A stretch of 63,242 nucleotides of DNA, counting the filler, from an uncultured bacterium (lineage in GTDB: Bacteria; CAYJRR01), in the NCBI GenBank assembly GCA_964372275.1. It is 2 parts of 2 records of this genome, joined end to end, with 100 filler letters (N's around TTAATTAATTAA, not from the genome) between each part and the next. Parts side by side here need not be neighbours in the genome. Positions count along the whole stretch, not along the records: positions 1 to 31,898 come from CAYJRR010000049.1; positions 31,999 to 63,242 come from CAYJRR010000050.1. The stretch is one strand, 5' to 3'. A model generated the notes under the pieces. The model had not been told where the DNA came from and searched no databases. It saw only the letters and a list, made by a program, of their open reading frames with translations. This document shows positions 29,643 to 39,243 of this stretch, piece after piece (the stretch's first letter is position 1; the number at the start of each line of letters is the position of its first letter). A program made the position numbers and the translations under genes.

Positions 29643-30764
29643 TCACGAACCGAGGGCCGACCAGACCGCGTCGTGGAATCGCGGGCGAAGCCGCCGGATC
29701 GACTCGTTCGAACGGTCGGGCCAGACGCGATTGGTCAGGAGGACGACGACCGTTTCCGACGGCGGATCGATCCAGACCGACGTACCGGTGAAACCGGTGT
29801 GCCCGACGGCCGCCGCCGGCGGGCGGCTTCCCGCGGTCGAACCGCGCGCCGAAGGGGTGTCCCATCCGAGAGCCCACGTCGTTCCGGAAGGCTCCGCCTG
29901 CCGGGCGAAGAAGGTGCGCACCGTCTCCTCCCCGATCCACGACGCCCGCCCGTGCCAGGCGTCGAGGAGCGTGGAGACGAATCGACGGATCGATTCGGCA
30001 TCGCCGAACAGTCCGGCGTGCCCCGAAACGCCGTCCATCGCATAGGCGTTCTCGTCGTCGACACGTCCGGTGAGCGTTCCTCGCGTCGGGTCGCGCTCGG
30101 TCGGCACGAACCGCGCCGTACGACGGTCGGCCGTCGCGGTGGAGAGCGGACGGAAGAAGAGACCCTCCGACGGACAGTCCCGGGCGAACAGCCGGTCGAT
30201 CCGGTCGCGCCCAAGCCGCTCGATCGCCTCGGTGAGGAGGATGAAGTCGAGGTCGCCGTAGAGCGCCGCCGTGCCGGGGGGCGCCTCCGCCGCGGTGTCC
30301 CGCGCTCGCCGGAAGATCTCCGCCCGTCGGTCCGGACTCGACGCCGGGACCTCCAGATAAAACGGCCGCCAGGCGGGAAGACCGGCCGCGTGCGACAACA
30401 GCCGGCGAGGCGTGACGCCGGGGCCGGCCGCGACCGGTCCCGGCAGCAGCTCGGAGACCGGGCCGTCGAGCGGAAGCCGGCCGTCCTCGACGAAGAGCAT
30501 CGCCAGCGACGCGGTCACCAGGGGCTTGGTCAGCGACGCAAGATCGAACACCGAGCGATCGTCGATCCCGGATCCGGCCGAGGCGCCCCCGTGCGCGCGG
30601 AGGAGGATCTCGTCGCCGCGCGAGACGACCGCCTGGTAGCAGGGAAAGACCGGACCGACGGCGCGATCCAGGATCGCCTTCGCGGCGGCCAGCGGCGCCG
30701 ATCGCCTCCTCGCGTCGCGGCGGCGGCGGGCACCGGGCGAGCGGCGCCGCGCGCCGGCGCTCAC
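29643..30764 (-). CDS. Beta-lactamase-family serine hydrolase
   Basis: ASLTK (SxxK), YGD, GHAGLF, GHTGFTG; GTG overlapping the upstream stop. Confidence 0.85.
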   Translation of the reverse strand: MSAGARRRSPGARRRRDARRRSAPLAAAKAILDRAVGPVFPCYQAVVSRGDEILLRAHGGASAGSGIDDRSVFDLASLTKPLVTASLAMLFVEDGRLPLDGPVSELLPGPVAAGPGVTPRRLLSHAAGLPAWRPFYLEVPASSPDRRAEIFRRARDTAAEAPPGTAALYGDLDFILLTEAIERLGRDRIDRLFARDCPSEGLFFRPLSTATADRRTARFVPTERDPTRGTLTGRVDDENAYAMDGVSGHAGLFGDAESIRRFVSTLLDAWHGRASWIGEETVRTFFARQAEPSGTTWALGWDTPSARGSTAGSRPPAAAVGHTGFTGTSVWIDPPSETVVVLLTNRVWPDRSNESIRRLRPRFHDAVWSALGS

Positions 30765-31735
30765 GGTCCGCCCGCTCCGGTCGCGCCGGCGTCCGCGCGG
30801 AGCGTCACGGCGGACTCCATCGCCACCAACCGTCCGGCATCGGCGTCGAGTCGGGCCCGGATCCCGACCGGCAGCGTGCGATTCTCGCCGTCGTGGCCGA
30901 ACGGGAGGCCGGCCAGGACCGGCTTTCCGCAGGAACGGAAGCGCGACGCCAACACCGATTCGACGGGAACCGATGGATCGGCCGGATTGTCGCATCGCGA
31001 GAAGCGGCCGAGCGCCACCCCGGCCACGGCGGAGAAGACCCCCGCGAGATCGAGCTGCGTCAGCATCCGGTCGACGCGAAACGGCTTCTCCCCCACCTCC
31101 TCCAGGAAGAGGATCGCCCCGTCGAGCTCGGGGAACCACGGCGTGCCGAGCAGCGAGACGATCAGCGACAACGTCCCGCCGACGAGCGGCCCGTCGGCGA
31201 CGCCGCCCACGAGAGCCCGCCCCTCCCCCAGCACGCCCGTCGCCGACGGCCCCATCACGGCGCGCCGGAACGCGTCCCGCTCCGCCGGCTCGAGACCCAC
31301 CTCCGCCATTCGTCCGGTGACCACCGGTCCGTGAAACGTCACCAGTCCCTCGCGAAGGAATGCGAGCAGAAGTGCCGTCACGTCGCTGAAGCCGAGCAGC
31401 ACCTTCGGGCTTGCGGCAAGACGCGGCAGATCGAGGCGAGGAAGGAGCCGCATCGACCCGTAGCCGCCCCTTGCGCAAACGATCCCCGAGATCTGCGGGT
31501 CGAGGAACGCCTCGGTCAGCTCGTCGGCGCGTCGGGCGTCCGACCCGGCGAGGAACCCGTCCCGGTCGAACAGGTCGGGACGCCAGTCGACGTGGAATCC
31601 GAGCCGTTCGAACTCGGCGACGCCGCGCGCGAGGCGGTCGCGGTCGAACGGCGACGCCGGCGCGACGACGCGCAGCCGATCGCCGGCGCGAATCGCCGGC
31701 GGTTTGATCAGAGGCCGTCGAGAGAGTCGTGACAC
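30761..31735 (-). CDS. ldcA: S66 LD-carboxypeptidase (start 31735 GTG or 31711 CTG)
   Basis: VVAPAS, ARGGYGS, GFSDVT, FLEEVGE, PFGH. Confidence 0.9.
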   Translation of the reverse strand: MSRLSRRPLIKPPAIRAGDRLRVVAPASPFDRDRLARGVAEFERLGFHVDWRPDLFDRDGFLAGSDARRADELTEAFLDPQISGIVCARGGYGSMRLLPRLDLPRLAASPKVLLGFSDVTALLLAFLREGLVTFHGPVVTGRMAEVGLEPAERDAFRRAVMGPSATGVLGEGRALVGGVADGPLVGGTLSLIVSLLGTPWFPELDGAILFLEEVGEKPFRVDRMLTQLDLAGVFSAVAGVALGRFSRCDNPADPSVPVESVLASRFRSCGKPVLAGLPFGHDGENRTLPVGIRARLDADAGRLVAMESAVTLRADAGATGAGGP

Positions 31736-31896
31736 TTGAGGCAGGCGCTCGCGTTCTTGGCTTTCAAACCCTCTCCGGTGAACCCCGGAGGATGCGGATT
31801 GATTCGCATCGTCTGCGGCGAGTGGCAGGCGATGCACTCCTTCTCGTCGTGACAGGAGGCGCAGGCTTCGACGCTGGTCGGGGCGACCTGGGAGTG
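31708..31896 (-). CDS. C-terminal fragment of a multiheme cytochrome c (5' end lost in the gap)
   Basis: Not in the ORF track. Manual translation HSQVAPTSVEACASCHDEKECIACHSPQTMRINPHPPGFTGEGLKAKNASACLKCHDSLDGL* gives three CxxCH in 62 aa. Confidence 0.85.
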   Translation of the reverse strand, partial: HSQVAPTSVEACASCHDEKECIACHSPQTMRINPHPPGFTGEGLKAKNASACLKCHDSLDGL

Positions 31897-31898
31897 GT

Positions 31899-31998
31899 NN
31901 NNNNNNNNNNNNNNNNNNNNNNNNNNNNNNNNNNNNNNNNNNTTAATTAATTAANNNNNNNNNNNNNNNNNNNNNNNNNNNNNNNNNNNNNNNNNNNN
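31899..31998. other. Artificial contig-joining linker
   Basis: N-run with TTAATTAATTAA (stops in all six frames) at 31943-31954. Confidence 0.97.
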
Positions 31999-32000
31999 CG

Positions 32001-32822
32001 ACGAGCCTCACCGAGGCCGGCTACGTGGGCGAGGACGTCGAGAACATCATCCTCTCGCTGCTGCAGAACGCCGAATACGACATCGAGAAGGCGCAGAAGG
32101 GGATCGTCTACATCGACGAGATCGACAAGATCTCCCGCAAGGGGGAGAACCCGTCGATCACCCGTGACGTCTCGGGAGAAGGGGTGCAGCAGGCGCTGCT
32201 CAAGATCATCGAAGGGACGATGGCCAACGTCCCGCCCAAGGGGGGGCGCAAGCACCCGCAGCAGGAGTTCCTGCAGGTCGACACCACCAACATCCTCTTC
32301 ATCTGCGGCGGGGCCTTCACCGGGCTCGAGGACATCATCGAGCAGCGCACCGGCGTGAAGACGATGGGGTTCGGCGCCGACGTGCGCGGCAAGGCGGAGA
32401 AGAAGCTGGGCCAGATCCTGGCCGAGGTGCAGCCGCAGGACCTGCTCAAGTTCGGCCTGATTCCGGAGTTCGTGGGGCGGCTGCCGATCATCACCACGCT
32501 GAACGAGCTCGACGAGTCGGCGTTGATCGACATCCTCACCAAGCCGAAGAACGCGCTCACCAAGCAGTACGAGAAGCTGTTCGAGATGGAGAACGTGAAG
32601 CTCAAGTTCCAGGAGGCGGCGCTGGGGGCGGTCGCCAAGGAGGCGCTGCGCCGCAAGAGCGGGGCGCGGGGCCTGCGCGCCATCCTGGAGAACCTGATGC
32701 TCGACGTGATGTTCGAGCTGCCGGGCCAGGACAACGTCCGCGAGTGCATCATCAGCGAGGACGTGGTCGCCAAGGGCGAGCGCCCGATCCTGGTCTACGA
32801 GAACGAAGCCGAGAGCGCCTGA
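32001..32822 (+). CDS. clpX: ATP-dependent Clp protease ATPase ClpX, 5'-truncated
   Basis: [47 protein letters not shown]. Confidence 0.97.
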   Translation, partial: TSLTEAGYVGEDVENIILSLLQNAEYDIEKAQKGIVYIDEIDKISRKGENPSITRDVSGEGVQQALLKIIEGTMANVPPKGGRKHPQQEFLQVDTTNILFICGGAFTGLEDIIEQRTGVKTMGFGADVRGKAEKKLGQILAEVQPQDLLKFGLIPEFVGRLPIITTLNELDESALIDILTKPKNALTKQYEKLFEMENVKLKFQEAALGAVAKEALRRKSGARGLRAILENLMLDVMFELPGQDNVRECIISEDVVAKGERPILVYENEAESA

Positions 32823-32871
32823 CGGAATTCACCTTGCGGACGCACCGCGCGTGCGCTTCGTAACGGGTCGA

Positions 32872-33132
32872 ATGTCCGACAAGGAGCGAAAGGCCGGCCC
32901 GCCGGTCGAGGAGGAGGCGCCGCCGTCGGAGGCGGCGCTCGGACCGGTCCTCGCCCCCGACATCGAGGCGGCGCTGCGCGGCCAGGCCTTCCCCGCCACG
33001 CCCCACGACCTGGTGCGCCGCGCCCGCGCCAACGGCGCCGACGAGCGGGTCGTCGACCTCCTCGCCGGCCTGGCCGCACGCCGCTACACCAGCCTCGGCG
33101 ATGCGTTGCGCGCCCTCGACCTGCTGAGCTGA
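32872..33132 (+). CDS. DUF2795-like small protein
   Basis: ALRGQAFPAT..DLVRRARANGADERVVDLL pattern. Confidence 0.7.
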   Translation: MSDKERKAGPPVEEEAPPSEAALGPVLAPDIEAALRGQAFPATPHDLVRRARANGADERVVDLLAGLAARRYTSLGDALRALDLLS

Positions 33133-34143
33133 TCACTCGCGGGAGGAGTGGATCTCGTGGCGGACGTCGCGAGGGTGGTCCCAGCCGCTCGGGTCGGGCT
33201 GGACGAGCGACAACAGGTCGACGTCGGCGATCACCAGGTTGGCGTGGCCGCTCACATCCTTGAGCGGACCGTCCGGTCCGCAGACGAAACTCTCGCCCGC
33301 GAACGGCTCGTTCCACGGGGCTTCGATCCCCTTCCGGTTGGCCGCGGCGACGAAAACGTGGTGGCGCGCGGCGTCGACGGGGAATTCGGCGGGCCACAGG
33401 CGCCGCGCCTTCTCCCCGTGCACCGCGCCGGGGGCGAAGATCAGCTCCGCCCCCTCCTTGCGCAGGCTCCAGACCACCCCCTCGAAGTGGCGGTCGTAGC
33501 CGAGCAGGATCCCGATCCGCCCGACGCTGGTGTGGAAGACCGGGAAGAAGGGATTCGACGACATGTTGGCCATCGCGGCGGCGGCGGCCGCCGCGACCGA
33601 GGTCGACACCGATCCCCTGGTGCGGCCGACGTCGTTCCGCCCGTCGCTGCGCCCGTAGTAGAACCCTTCGTTCAGCCGTCCCTCCAGGTCGGCGCCGTGC
33701 GGCACGTGCGTCTGGCGATACTTGCCGAGCACCTGCCCCTCCTCGTCGATCAGCACCGCGGTATGGAAGCGGTTGCCCGTGATCCGATCGAGCTCGTAGA
33801 TCGGCGCCACGACGATCATGCGGTGGAGCATCGCCGCCGCCTTGACCCGCCGCACGGTGTACCCTTCGAGCGCGTCCTCGGCCACCGTCCGCCAGAGCGG
33901 CTCGGTCCCGAGCGGGAAGTAGGGCCAGGAGAACAACGCCCCGAAGCAGATCGCCTGCGCCCCTTGCGCCCGGGCCAGGCGCATCAGCTCCAGGTGGTGT
34001 TCGACGTTCGCCATCCGCACTTCGTCGAGGCGGTCGGCGAGCTCCGGCAGGTCGGCGTACCGGGCCGGCATCGACGGATAGACGTTCGCGGTCTGCGCGA
34101 CCGCGATCCGCACCACCCGCCGCTCCGGGGTGTTCTCGATCAT
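33133..34143 (-). CDS. Nitrilase/beta-ureidopropionase homolog lacking the Glu-Lys-Cys triad (probable pseudoenzyme)
   Basis: Carbon-nitrogen hydrolase motifs present as ICFGALF, GKYRQTHVP and GILLGYDRHF; ATGA coupling to the FAD subunit gene. Confidence 0.85.
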   Translation of the reverse strand: MIENTPERRVVRIAVAQTANVYPSMPARYADLPELADRLDEVRMANVEHHLELMRLARAQGAQAICFGALFSWPYFPLGTEPLWRTVAEDALEGYTVRRVKAAAMLHRMIVVAPIYELDRITGNRFHTAVLIDEEGQVLGKYRQTHVPHGADLEGRLNEGFYYGRSDGRNDVGRTRGSVSTSVAAAAAAAMANMSSNPFFPVFHTSVGRIGILLGYDRHFEGVVWSLRKEGAELIFAPGAVHGEKARRLWPAEFPVDAARHHVFVAAANRKGIEAPWNEPFAGESFVCGPDGPLKDVSGHANLVIADVDLLSLVQPDPSGWDHPRDVRHEIHSSRE

Positions 34144-35003
34144 GATTCCCGGAGCATCCACGCCAGCAGCGAGCGCGCCACGTGCATGCGGTAGTCGGCG
34201 GTGGATCGCAGGTCGTCGATCGGACGCAGGTCCTCGGCGAGCGCCGCCTGCGCGGCGGCGATTCGGGCCGGAGTGACCTTCTCCCCGAGCAGGATCGCCT
34301 CGGCGGCGCGCGCCCGCACCGTGGTGGCCGCCACGCTGCCGTAGGCGATCCGCACCCCGTCGAGCCGTCCGCCGCGACCGGCCCGGAACGCACCGGCCAC
34401 CACCACCTTGGAGATCGCCTGCGCGCGGCGCGTGCCGACCTTGCGATACCCGAACCGCCAGCCGTCGATCGAGGCGCGCGGGACGACCACGGCCGAGATC
34501 AGCTCGTCGGGGCGGGCCGCGGTCCGGCGGTAGCCGAGGAAGAACTCCGAAAGCGGGACGGCGCGCGTGCCGGCCGCGGAGACGAGCTCGACCTGGGCGT
34601 CGAGCGCGAGGAGCACCGGCGCCGGATCGGCCGCGGGGGAGGCGTTCCCCAGGCTTCCGCCGAGCGTCCCGCGATTCTGGATCGCGATCGCCCCGACGTC
34701 GCGCGCCATCGCCGCCAGCACCGGCGCGACCCGCGCCACCTCGCGGGAGCGGCGGAGGTCGGTGTAGGTGGTGAGGCTCCCGAGCCGGAGCGCCGCGCGG
34801 TCGAGCGCGATCCCGCGCAGGTCGGCGCGGAGCGGTTGCAGGTCGAGGTACCACGCGGCGGGGGCCCTGCCGTCGTTGAGCGCCACGTAGAGATCGGTCC
34901 CCCCCGCCACCGGCCGCGGGCGGTCGGGGGCGGCGAGGAGCGTCAGCGCCTCGTCGAGGGATCGCGGGCGCGTCAGGCGAAATTCGCGGAGATCGCCTCT
35001 CAT
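34140..35003 (-). CDS. Xanthine dehydrogenase family FAD-binding subunit
   Basis: AGGTDL, IQNRGTLGG, ASPAAD, PIDDLRS. Confidence 0.92.
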   Translation of the reverse strand: MRGDLREFRLTRPRSLDEALTLLAAPDRPRPVAGGTDLYVALNDGRAPAAWYLDLQPLRADLRGIALDRAALRLGSLTTYTDLRRSREVARVAPVLAAMARDVGAIAIQNRGTLGGSLGNASPAADPAPVLLALDAQVELVSAAGTRAVPLSEFFLGYRRTAARPDELISAVVVPRASIDGWRFGYRKVGTRRAQAISKVVVAGAFRAGRGGRLDGVRIAYGSVAATTVRARAAEAILLGEKVTPARIAAAQAALAEDLRPIDDLRSTADYRMHVARSLLAWMLRES

Positions 35004-35623
35004 CGCCGCCCCCGCACCCTTCCGGCTCCCACTCCGCTCGGTTCCCTATCGTTCCGTTCCGTTCCCTTCCTTCTCCTTCTCCCTCTCCCACTCCGGCCCC
35101 CTTCTCCCGCGCGAGTCGGGAAGGGAGCCGGAGAGGGAGAAGGAAGGGAATGGAACGGAAGGGACCGGAAGCTCGGCGCGGCGGCGGCGACCGACTCGAC
35201 GATCTTCACGTAGCCGGTGCAGCGGCAGAGGTTTCCCGCGAGGCCTTCGCGGATCTCCGCCTCGCTCGGCCGGCGATTCCTGGAAAGCAGATCCGCCGCC
35301 GCGATCAGCATCCCCGGCGTGCAGATGCCGCATTGGGCGCCTCCATGGTCCCAGAAGGCCTCTTGCAACGGGTGGAGCGTCGTTCCGCGAGCGAGGCCTT
35401 CGACGGTGACGACCGCGGCTCCGTCGGCCTGTGCCACCGGCACCAGGCAACTGTTCACGAGCTCCCCGTCGAGGAGCACCGAACAGGCGCCGCACTCCCC
35501 TTCGCCGCAGCCCTCCTTCGTCCCGGTGAGCGCGACCTCCTCGCGCAGGACGTCGAGCAACCGCTTCATCGGCGGAGCATCGATCTCCCGGCGTGCGCCG
35601 TTGACCGTGAGCGCGATCTTCAC
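35000..35623 (-). CDS. Xanthine dehydrogenase family [2Fe-2S] subunit with a low-complexity C-terminal extension
   Basis: GTKEGCGEGECGAC, QCGICTPG, NLCRCTGY; GTG at 35623. Confidence 0.92.
   Translation of the reverse strand: MKIALTVNGARREIDAPPMKRLLDVLREEVALTGTKEGCGEGECGACSVLLDGELVNSCLVPVAQADGAAVVTVEGLARGTTLHPLQEAFWDHGGAQCGICTPGMLIAAADLLSRNRRPSEAEIREGLAGNLCRCTGYVKIVESVAAAAPSFRSLPFHSLPSPSPAPFPTRAGEGGRSGRGRRRRKGTERNDREPSGVGAGRVRGRR
35040..35166. repeat. Long imperfect pyrimidine/purine inverted repeat
   Basis: TTCCGTTCCGTTCCCTTCCTTCTCC...TCCGGC arm pairs with GCCGGAGAGGGAGAAGGAAGGGAATGGAACGGAA arm. Confidence 0.8.
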
Positions 35624-37863
35624 GTCCGCTCGCTCCGAACGGCGGCGAGGATGCGCTCCGGCGTCGCCGGGATCCGGGTCAGCTCCACCCCGAGCGCGCG
35701 AGAGATCGCGTTCACGATCGCCGGCGCGCCGCCGTCCATCGGAAGCTCGCCGATCCCTTTGGCCCCGAATGGGCCGTGCGCGTAGGGTCGCGAAAGCAGC
35801 ACCACCCCGATCGGCGGCGTCTCGATCGCGGTGGGGATGACGTAGTTGGTGAGCTGGCCGTTCGCCATCCGGCCCTCGCGCATCACCACCTCCTCCATCA
35901 GCGCCCACCCCAGCGCCTGCGTCGTCCCCCCTTCGATCTGCCCCTCGGCGAGGCGCGGGTGGATCGCCTGGCCGATCTCCTGCGAGGAGACGAGCCGGCG
36001 CACCTGCACCTCGTAGGTGTCGAGGTCGACTTCGACCTCGGCCACGACGCAGGCCCAGGCGTACGCGCCGTAGGCATCGCCGCGGTAGTGCTTCTCGTCC
36101 CAGACCTGTTTCGCCGGATTGGAGAAGGTCGCGATGAACCGCGCCGGCTTTCCCGCGTCGATCCAGCGCGCCGCCGCCCGGCGGAACGACGACGGCGTCC
36201 ACCTCCGGCGTCGGGCGCCACCGTCGGCGGCCTTCTCCGAGGTCGCCGGCACGTCCCCGGCGAGCGCCGCCGACAGCTCTCGGGCGGCGTCGGCGAGGAT
36301 GCGGCCGACGACGGCCACCGTGCGCGAGGCGACGGTCGGTCCGCTGTCGGGAACCTCCGAGGTGTCCGGATCGGCGACGTCGACCGCGTCGTAGGGGATC
36401 CCGATCGTGTCGGCGACGATCTGCGCGAAGGCGGTGCGCGTCCCCTGGCCGATCTCGGTCGACGCGGCGAGCACCCGCACGCGTCCCTCACGGGTCAGCT
36501 CGACGCCGGCCTTCGACTGGAGCATCAGCTCTCCGCCCCCGGTGAAGCCGGTTCCGTGGAAGAAGGTGGCGAGCCCGAGGCCGCGGCGCTTGGTCGCGCT
36601 CGTCCGGTTGAAGGCGGCGATCTCCCGGGCGCGCGCCCGCCATCGGCTCTTCGTGAGCGCCCGCTCCAGCGCCACCCGGGACTGTCCGGCATCGCCGACG
36701 ACCTGGCCGGTGGCGGTCGTGCCGCCGTCGCGGAGCAGGTTCCGGCGGCGAAACGCGACCGGGTCGATCCCCACCCGCCGGGCGACGACGTCGAGATGCC
36801 GCTCCACCGCGAAACAGGCCTGCGGCACGCCGAAGCCCCGGAAGGCGCCGTTGGGCGGCGTGTGGGTCTTCATCACCCGCGAGCGGATCGTCACGTCGTC
36901 GCAGGCGTAGGGCCCGGCGGCGTGGATCGTGGCGCGCGAGAGGACGACCGACGAGAGCGTCGCGTAGGCGCCGCCGTCGAGGACGACCTCGATCTCCATC
37001 CCGAGGAGACGGCCGTCGCGCGCGACGCCCGTGCGGTGGCGGACGAACCCCGGATGCCGTTTGGTCGTCGCCACCATGTCCTCGGCGCGGTCGTAGAACA
37101 GTCGCACCGGCCGGCCCGACGCCTTGGCGAGCAGCGCCGCGTGGCCGGCGATCACGTTGGGGAACTCCTCCTTCCCGCCGAAGCCGCCGCCGGTCACCGT
37201 CTGGGCGATCCGCACCCGGTCGGCCGGCAGGTCGAACAGGCGCTTCATCGCCTTGTGCACGTAGTAGGGGCACTGCATCGACCCGCGGACGGTCACCTCC
37301 CCGTCGGGCCCGACCCAGGCGATCACCCCGTTGTTCTCGATGTAGGCCTGCTCCTGGGCTCCGAAGGAATACGTACCTTCGACCACGACCGCGGCGCCGG
37401 CGATCGCCCGCGCGGCGTCCCCCTTCTCCACGAGGTAGCTCTTGAACGCCTCGGTGGCGTTCCCGAGCTCGAGGACGGCGGGCAGCGGCTCGTACTCGAC
37501 GCGGACCGCACGCGCCGCCGCTTCGGCCCGTTCCCGCGTCGGCGCGGCGACGAGCGCCACCGCCTCCTCGCGGTGCTCGGCGACTCCGTCGGCGAGGAAC
37601 GGCTGGTCGTCGACGATCAGCTGCACCACGTTCCCGGCGCCGAGGGCGGGCAGGTCGGCGGCGGTGACGACGGTGACGTCGCGCCAGTCGAACGCCGGAT
37701 CGCGCGCGATCGACCGGATCTTCGCCCGCGGGTGCGGCGATCGCACCGTCGTCCCCCACCACGCGCCCGGCACCTCCAGGTCCTGCACGTAGAGGGCGCG
37801 GCCGGTCAGCTTCTCCAGCCCCTCCTTGCGGCGCACGTTGGCCCCGACCGATCGCGCGGACAT
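35620..37863 (-). CDS. Xanthine dehydrogenase family molybdopterin-binding subunit
   Basis: GGGFGGKEE, AFRGFG, TEIGQG, GPTVASR, GQIEGG, KGIGELP. Confidence 0.94.
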   Translation of the reverse strand: MSARSVGANVRRKEGLEKLTGRALYVQDLEVPGAWWGTTVRSPHPRAKIRSIARDPAFDWRDVTVVTAADLPALGAGNVVQLIVDDQPFLADGVAEHREEAVALVAAPTRERAEAAARAVRVEYEPLPAVLELGNATEAFKSYLVEKGDAARAIAGAAVVVEGTYSFGAQEQAYIENNGVIAWVGPDGEVTVRGSMQCPYYVHKAMKRLFDLPADRVRIAQTVTGGGFGGKEEFPNVIAGHAALLAKASGRPVRLFYDRAEDMVATTKRHPGFVRHRTGVARDGRLLGMEIEVVLDGGAYATLSSVVLSRATIHAAGPYACDDVTIRSRVMKTHTPPNGAFRGFGVPQACFAVERHLDVVARRVGIDPVAFRRRNLLRDGGTTATGQVVGDAGQSRVALERALTKSRWRARAREIAAFNRTSATKRRGLGLATFFHGTGFTGGGELMLQSKAGVELTREGRVRVLAASTEIGQGTRTAFAQIVADTIGIPYDAVDVADPDTSEVPDSGPTVASRTVAVVGRILADAARELSAALAGDVPATSEKAADGGARRRRWTPSSFRRAAARWIDAGKPARFIATFSNPAKQVWDEKHYRGDAYGAYAWACVVAEVEVDLDTYEVQVRRLVSSQEIGQAIHPRLAEGQIEGGTTQALGWALMEEVVMREGRMANGQLTNYVIPTAIETPPIGVVLLSRPYAHGPFGAKGIGELPMDGGAPAIVNAISRALGVELTRIPATPERILAAVRSERT

Positions 37864-37889
37864 CGGCCGGCGATCTTATCACCGGGTCG

Positions 37890-38999
37890 TCACGGGGGGC
37901 CGAGCGCGGCCAGGCGCCGTCGCGCGCGGAGGTAGAGGAGGCCGTCGGCGGCGACGGCGCGCAGGCCGTCGGAAAAGGGCGCGGGCAGCGGCAGGCGCCA
38001 GGCGATCGCCCCCGGGTCGGAGACCGGTTCGCAGACCAACTCCCCGGACGCGACGCGCACCAGGAACTGCGCGTCGAACGCGACGAGCGGCGGCTCGAAG
38101 GGGCGCCCGTCGAGGAGTCCTCCCGGCGTGACGAGATGGAGCCGCGCCGCCCCGTCGACGTCGGTCGCGATCAGCGCCCGCGCCGCGCCCCTCCCCGGCT
38201 GCAGGAATCCGGCGATCGGTCGCTCCCACCGCACCGCGCCGTCCGCGAGCGCGTAGGCGCGGACCAGGCTCCACGGCTGCTCGAGATGCCCGCGGTCGTC
38301 GACGGGATGATAGAGGACCACCGTCTCGCCGTCGGAGATCGGATCCCAGTCGCCCGACGCGTCCGGGTAGGTCCAGCGCGCCTCTCCGCTCACCGCGTGC
38401 AGCCCCACCAGCGCGTCCTGCCGCGGGAACCGCGGATCGAGGCGCGCCTGCACCACCACCACGTCCGCGCTCGCCGCGGCCAGGCGCCCGGGACGCTCCC
38501 ACCGCGGCGCCGCCTCCCCCCACGCGAAGCAGGAGGTGGCGGCGCCGGTCGACCGCTGCTCCTCCAGTACGAACCCGGCAGGCAGTGGGTGGAGCGACTG
38601 GAGCGCCACGTAGCTGTTGGCGGCGCGTTCGATCTCCTGCTCCCGGAGCTCCCGGCCGTCGAGGGCGAGGCGACGTACCCGCAACCGCTTCCCGGTCGCC
38701 CGGCCGGGCGCCTTGGTGACGGCGAGCAGCCCGTCGCCGTCCCGCACCGGCCCGAACGCTTCCAACACCCCCTCCGGCGCCTCGACCCGGAAGCGCGTGC
38801 CGCCGTCCTGTGGATCGAACGCATGCAGCACCGCGTGGTGTGTCGGATCGCTGGCCCGCACCGGCATCGTCACGCCTCGAAGGACCGGGATCCCGTCGAC
38901 GACGACGGGGGGCTCGGGGGCGAGGTCGACCGGGACCTCGACGTCGAAGCGCCATTCGGGTCGGCCGGCCGGAACGGAGCGGGTCGGGAGCGTCGTCAC
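37890..38999 (-). CDS. Hypothetical protein with PQQ-like beta-propeller repeats (start uncertain)
   Basis: Repeated G..RW motifs (SGEARW, DGAVRW, GAIAW). Confidence 0.55.
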   Translation of the reverse strand: MTTLPTRSVPAGRPEWRFDVEVPVDLAPEPPVVVDGIPVLRGVTMPVRASDPTHHAVLHAFDPQDGGTRFRVEAPEGVLEAFGPVRDGDGLLAVTKAPGRATGKRLRVRRLALDGRELREQEIERAANSYVALQSLHPLPAGFVLEEQRSTGAATSCFAWGEAAPRWERPGRLAAASADVVVVQARLDPRFPRQDALVGLHAVSGEARWTYPDASGDWDPISDGETVVLYHPVDDRGHLEQPWSLVRAYALADGAVRWERPIAGFLQPGRGAARALIATDVDGAARLHLVTPGGLLDGRPFEPPLVAFDAQFLVRVASGELVCEPVSDPGAIAWRLPLPAPFSDGLRAVAADGLLYLRARRRLAALGPP

Positions 39000-39243
39000 G
39001 TCGGTTCGATGATAGTCGGGGTCGGTTCCCCCCCGGGATCGGGCAGCGCCATGCACCGCCCCCCACCCCCGGGATCCGGCCGCGGCCGTCCGCGAACCGA
39101 TCCCATCCGACAAGGCCTCTCGACGACGGAAGAATTCCGCCTGCAGCGGCCCGACGGAGGGCCTGGCCCCCGTCTTGCGAAAGGAGCCCCTCGTCGCATC
39201 CGTTGTGATTCCGAACACGATCGAAGGCGTGGGGAGGTCTCCG

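Noticed and set aside
31899-31998. TTAATTAATTAA palindrome within an N-run
   Set aside because: Standard artificial contig linker with stops in six frames. It is not biological, and adjacency across it cannot be assumed.
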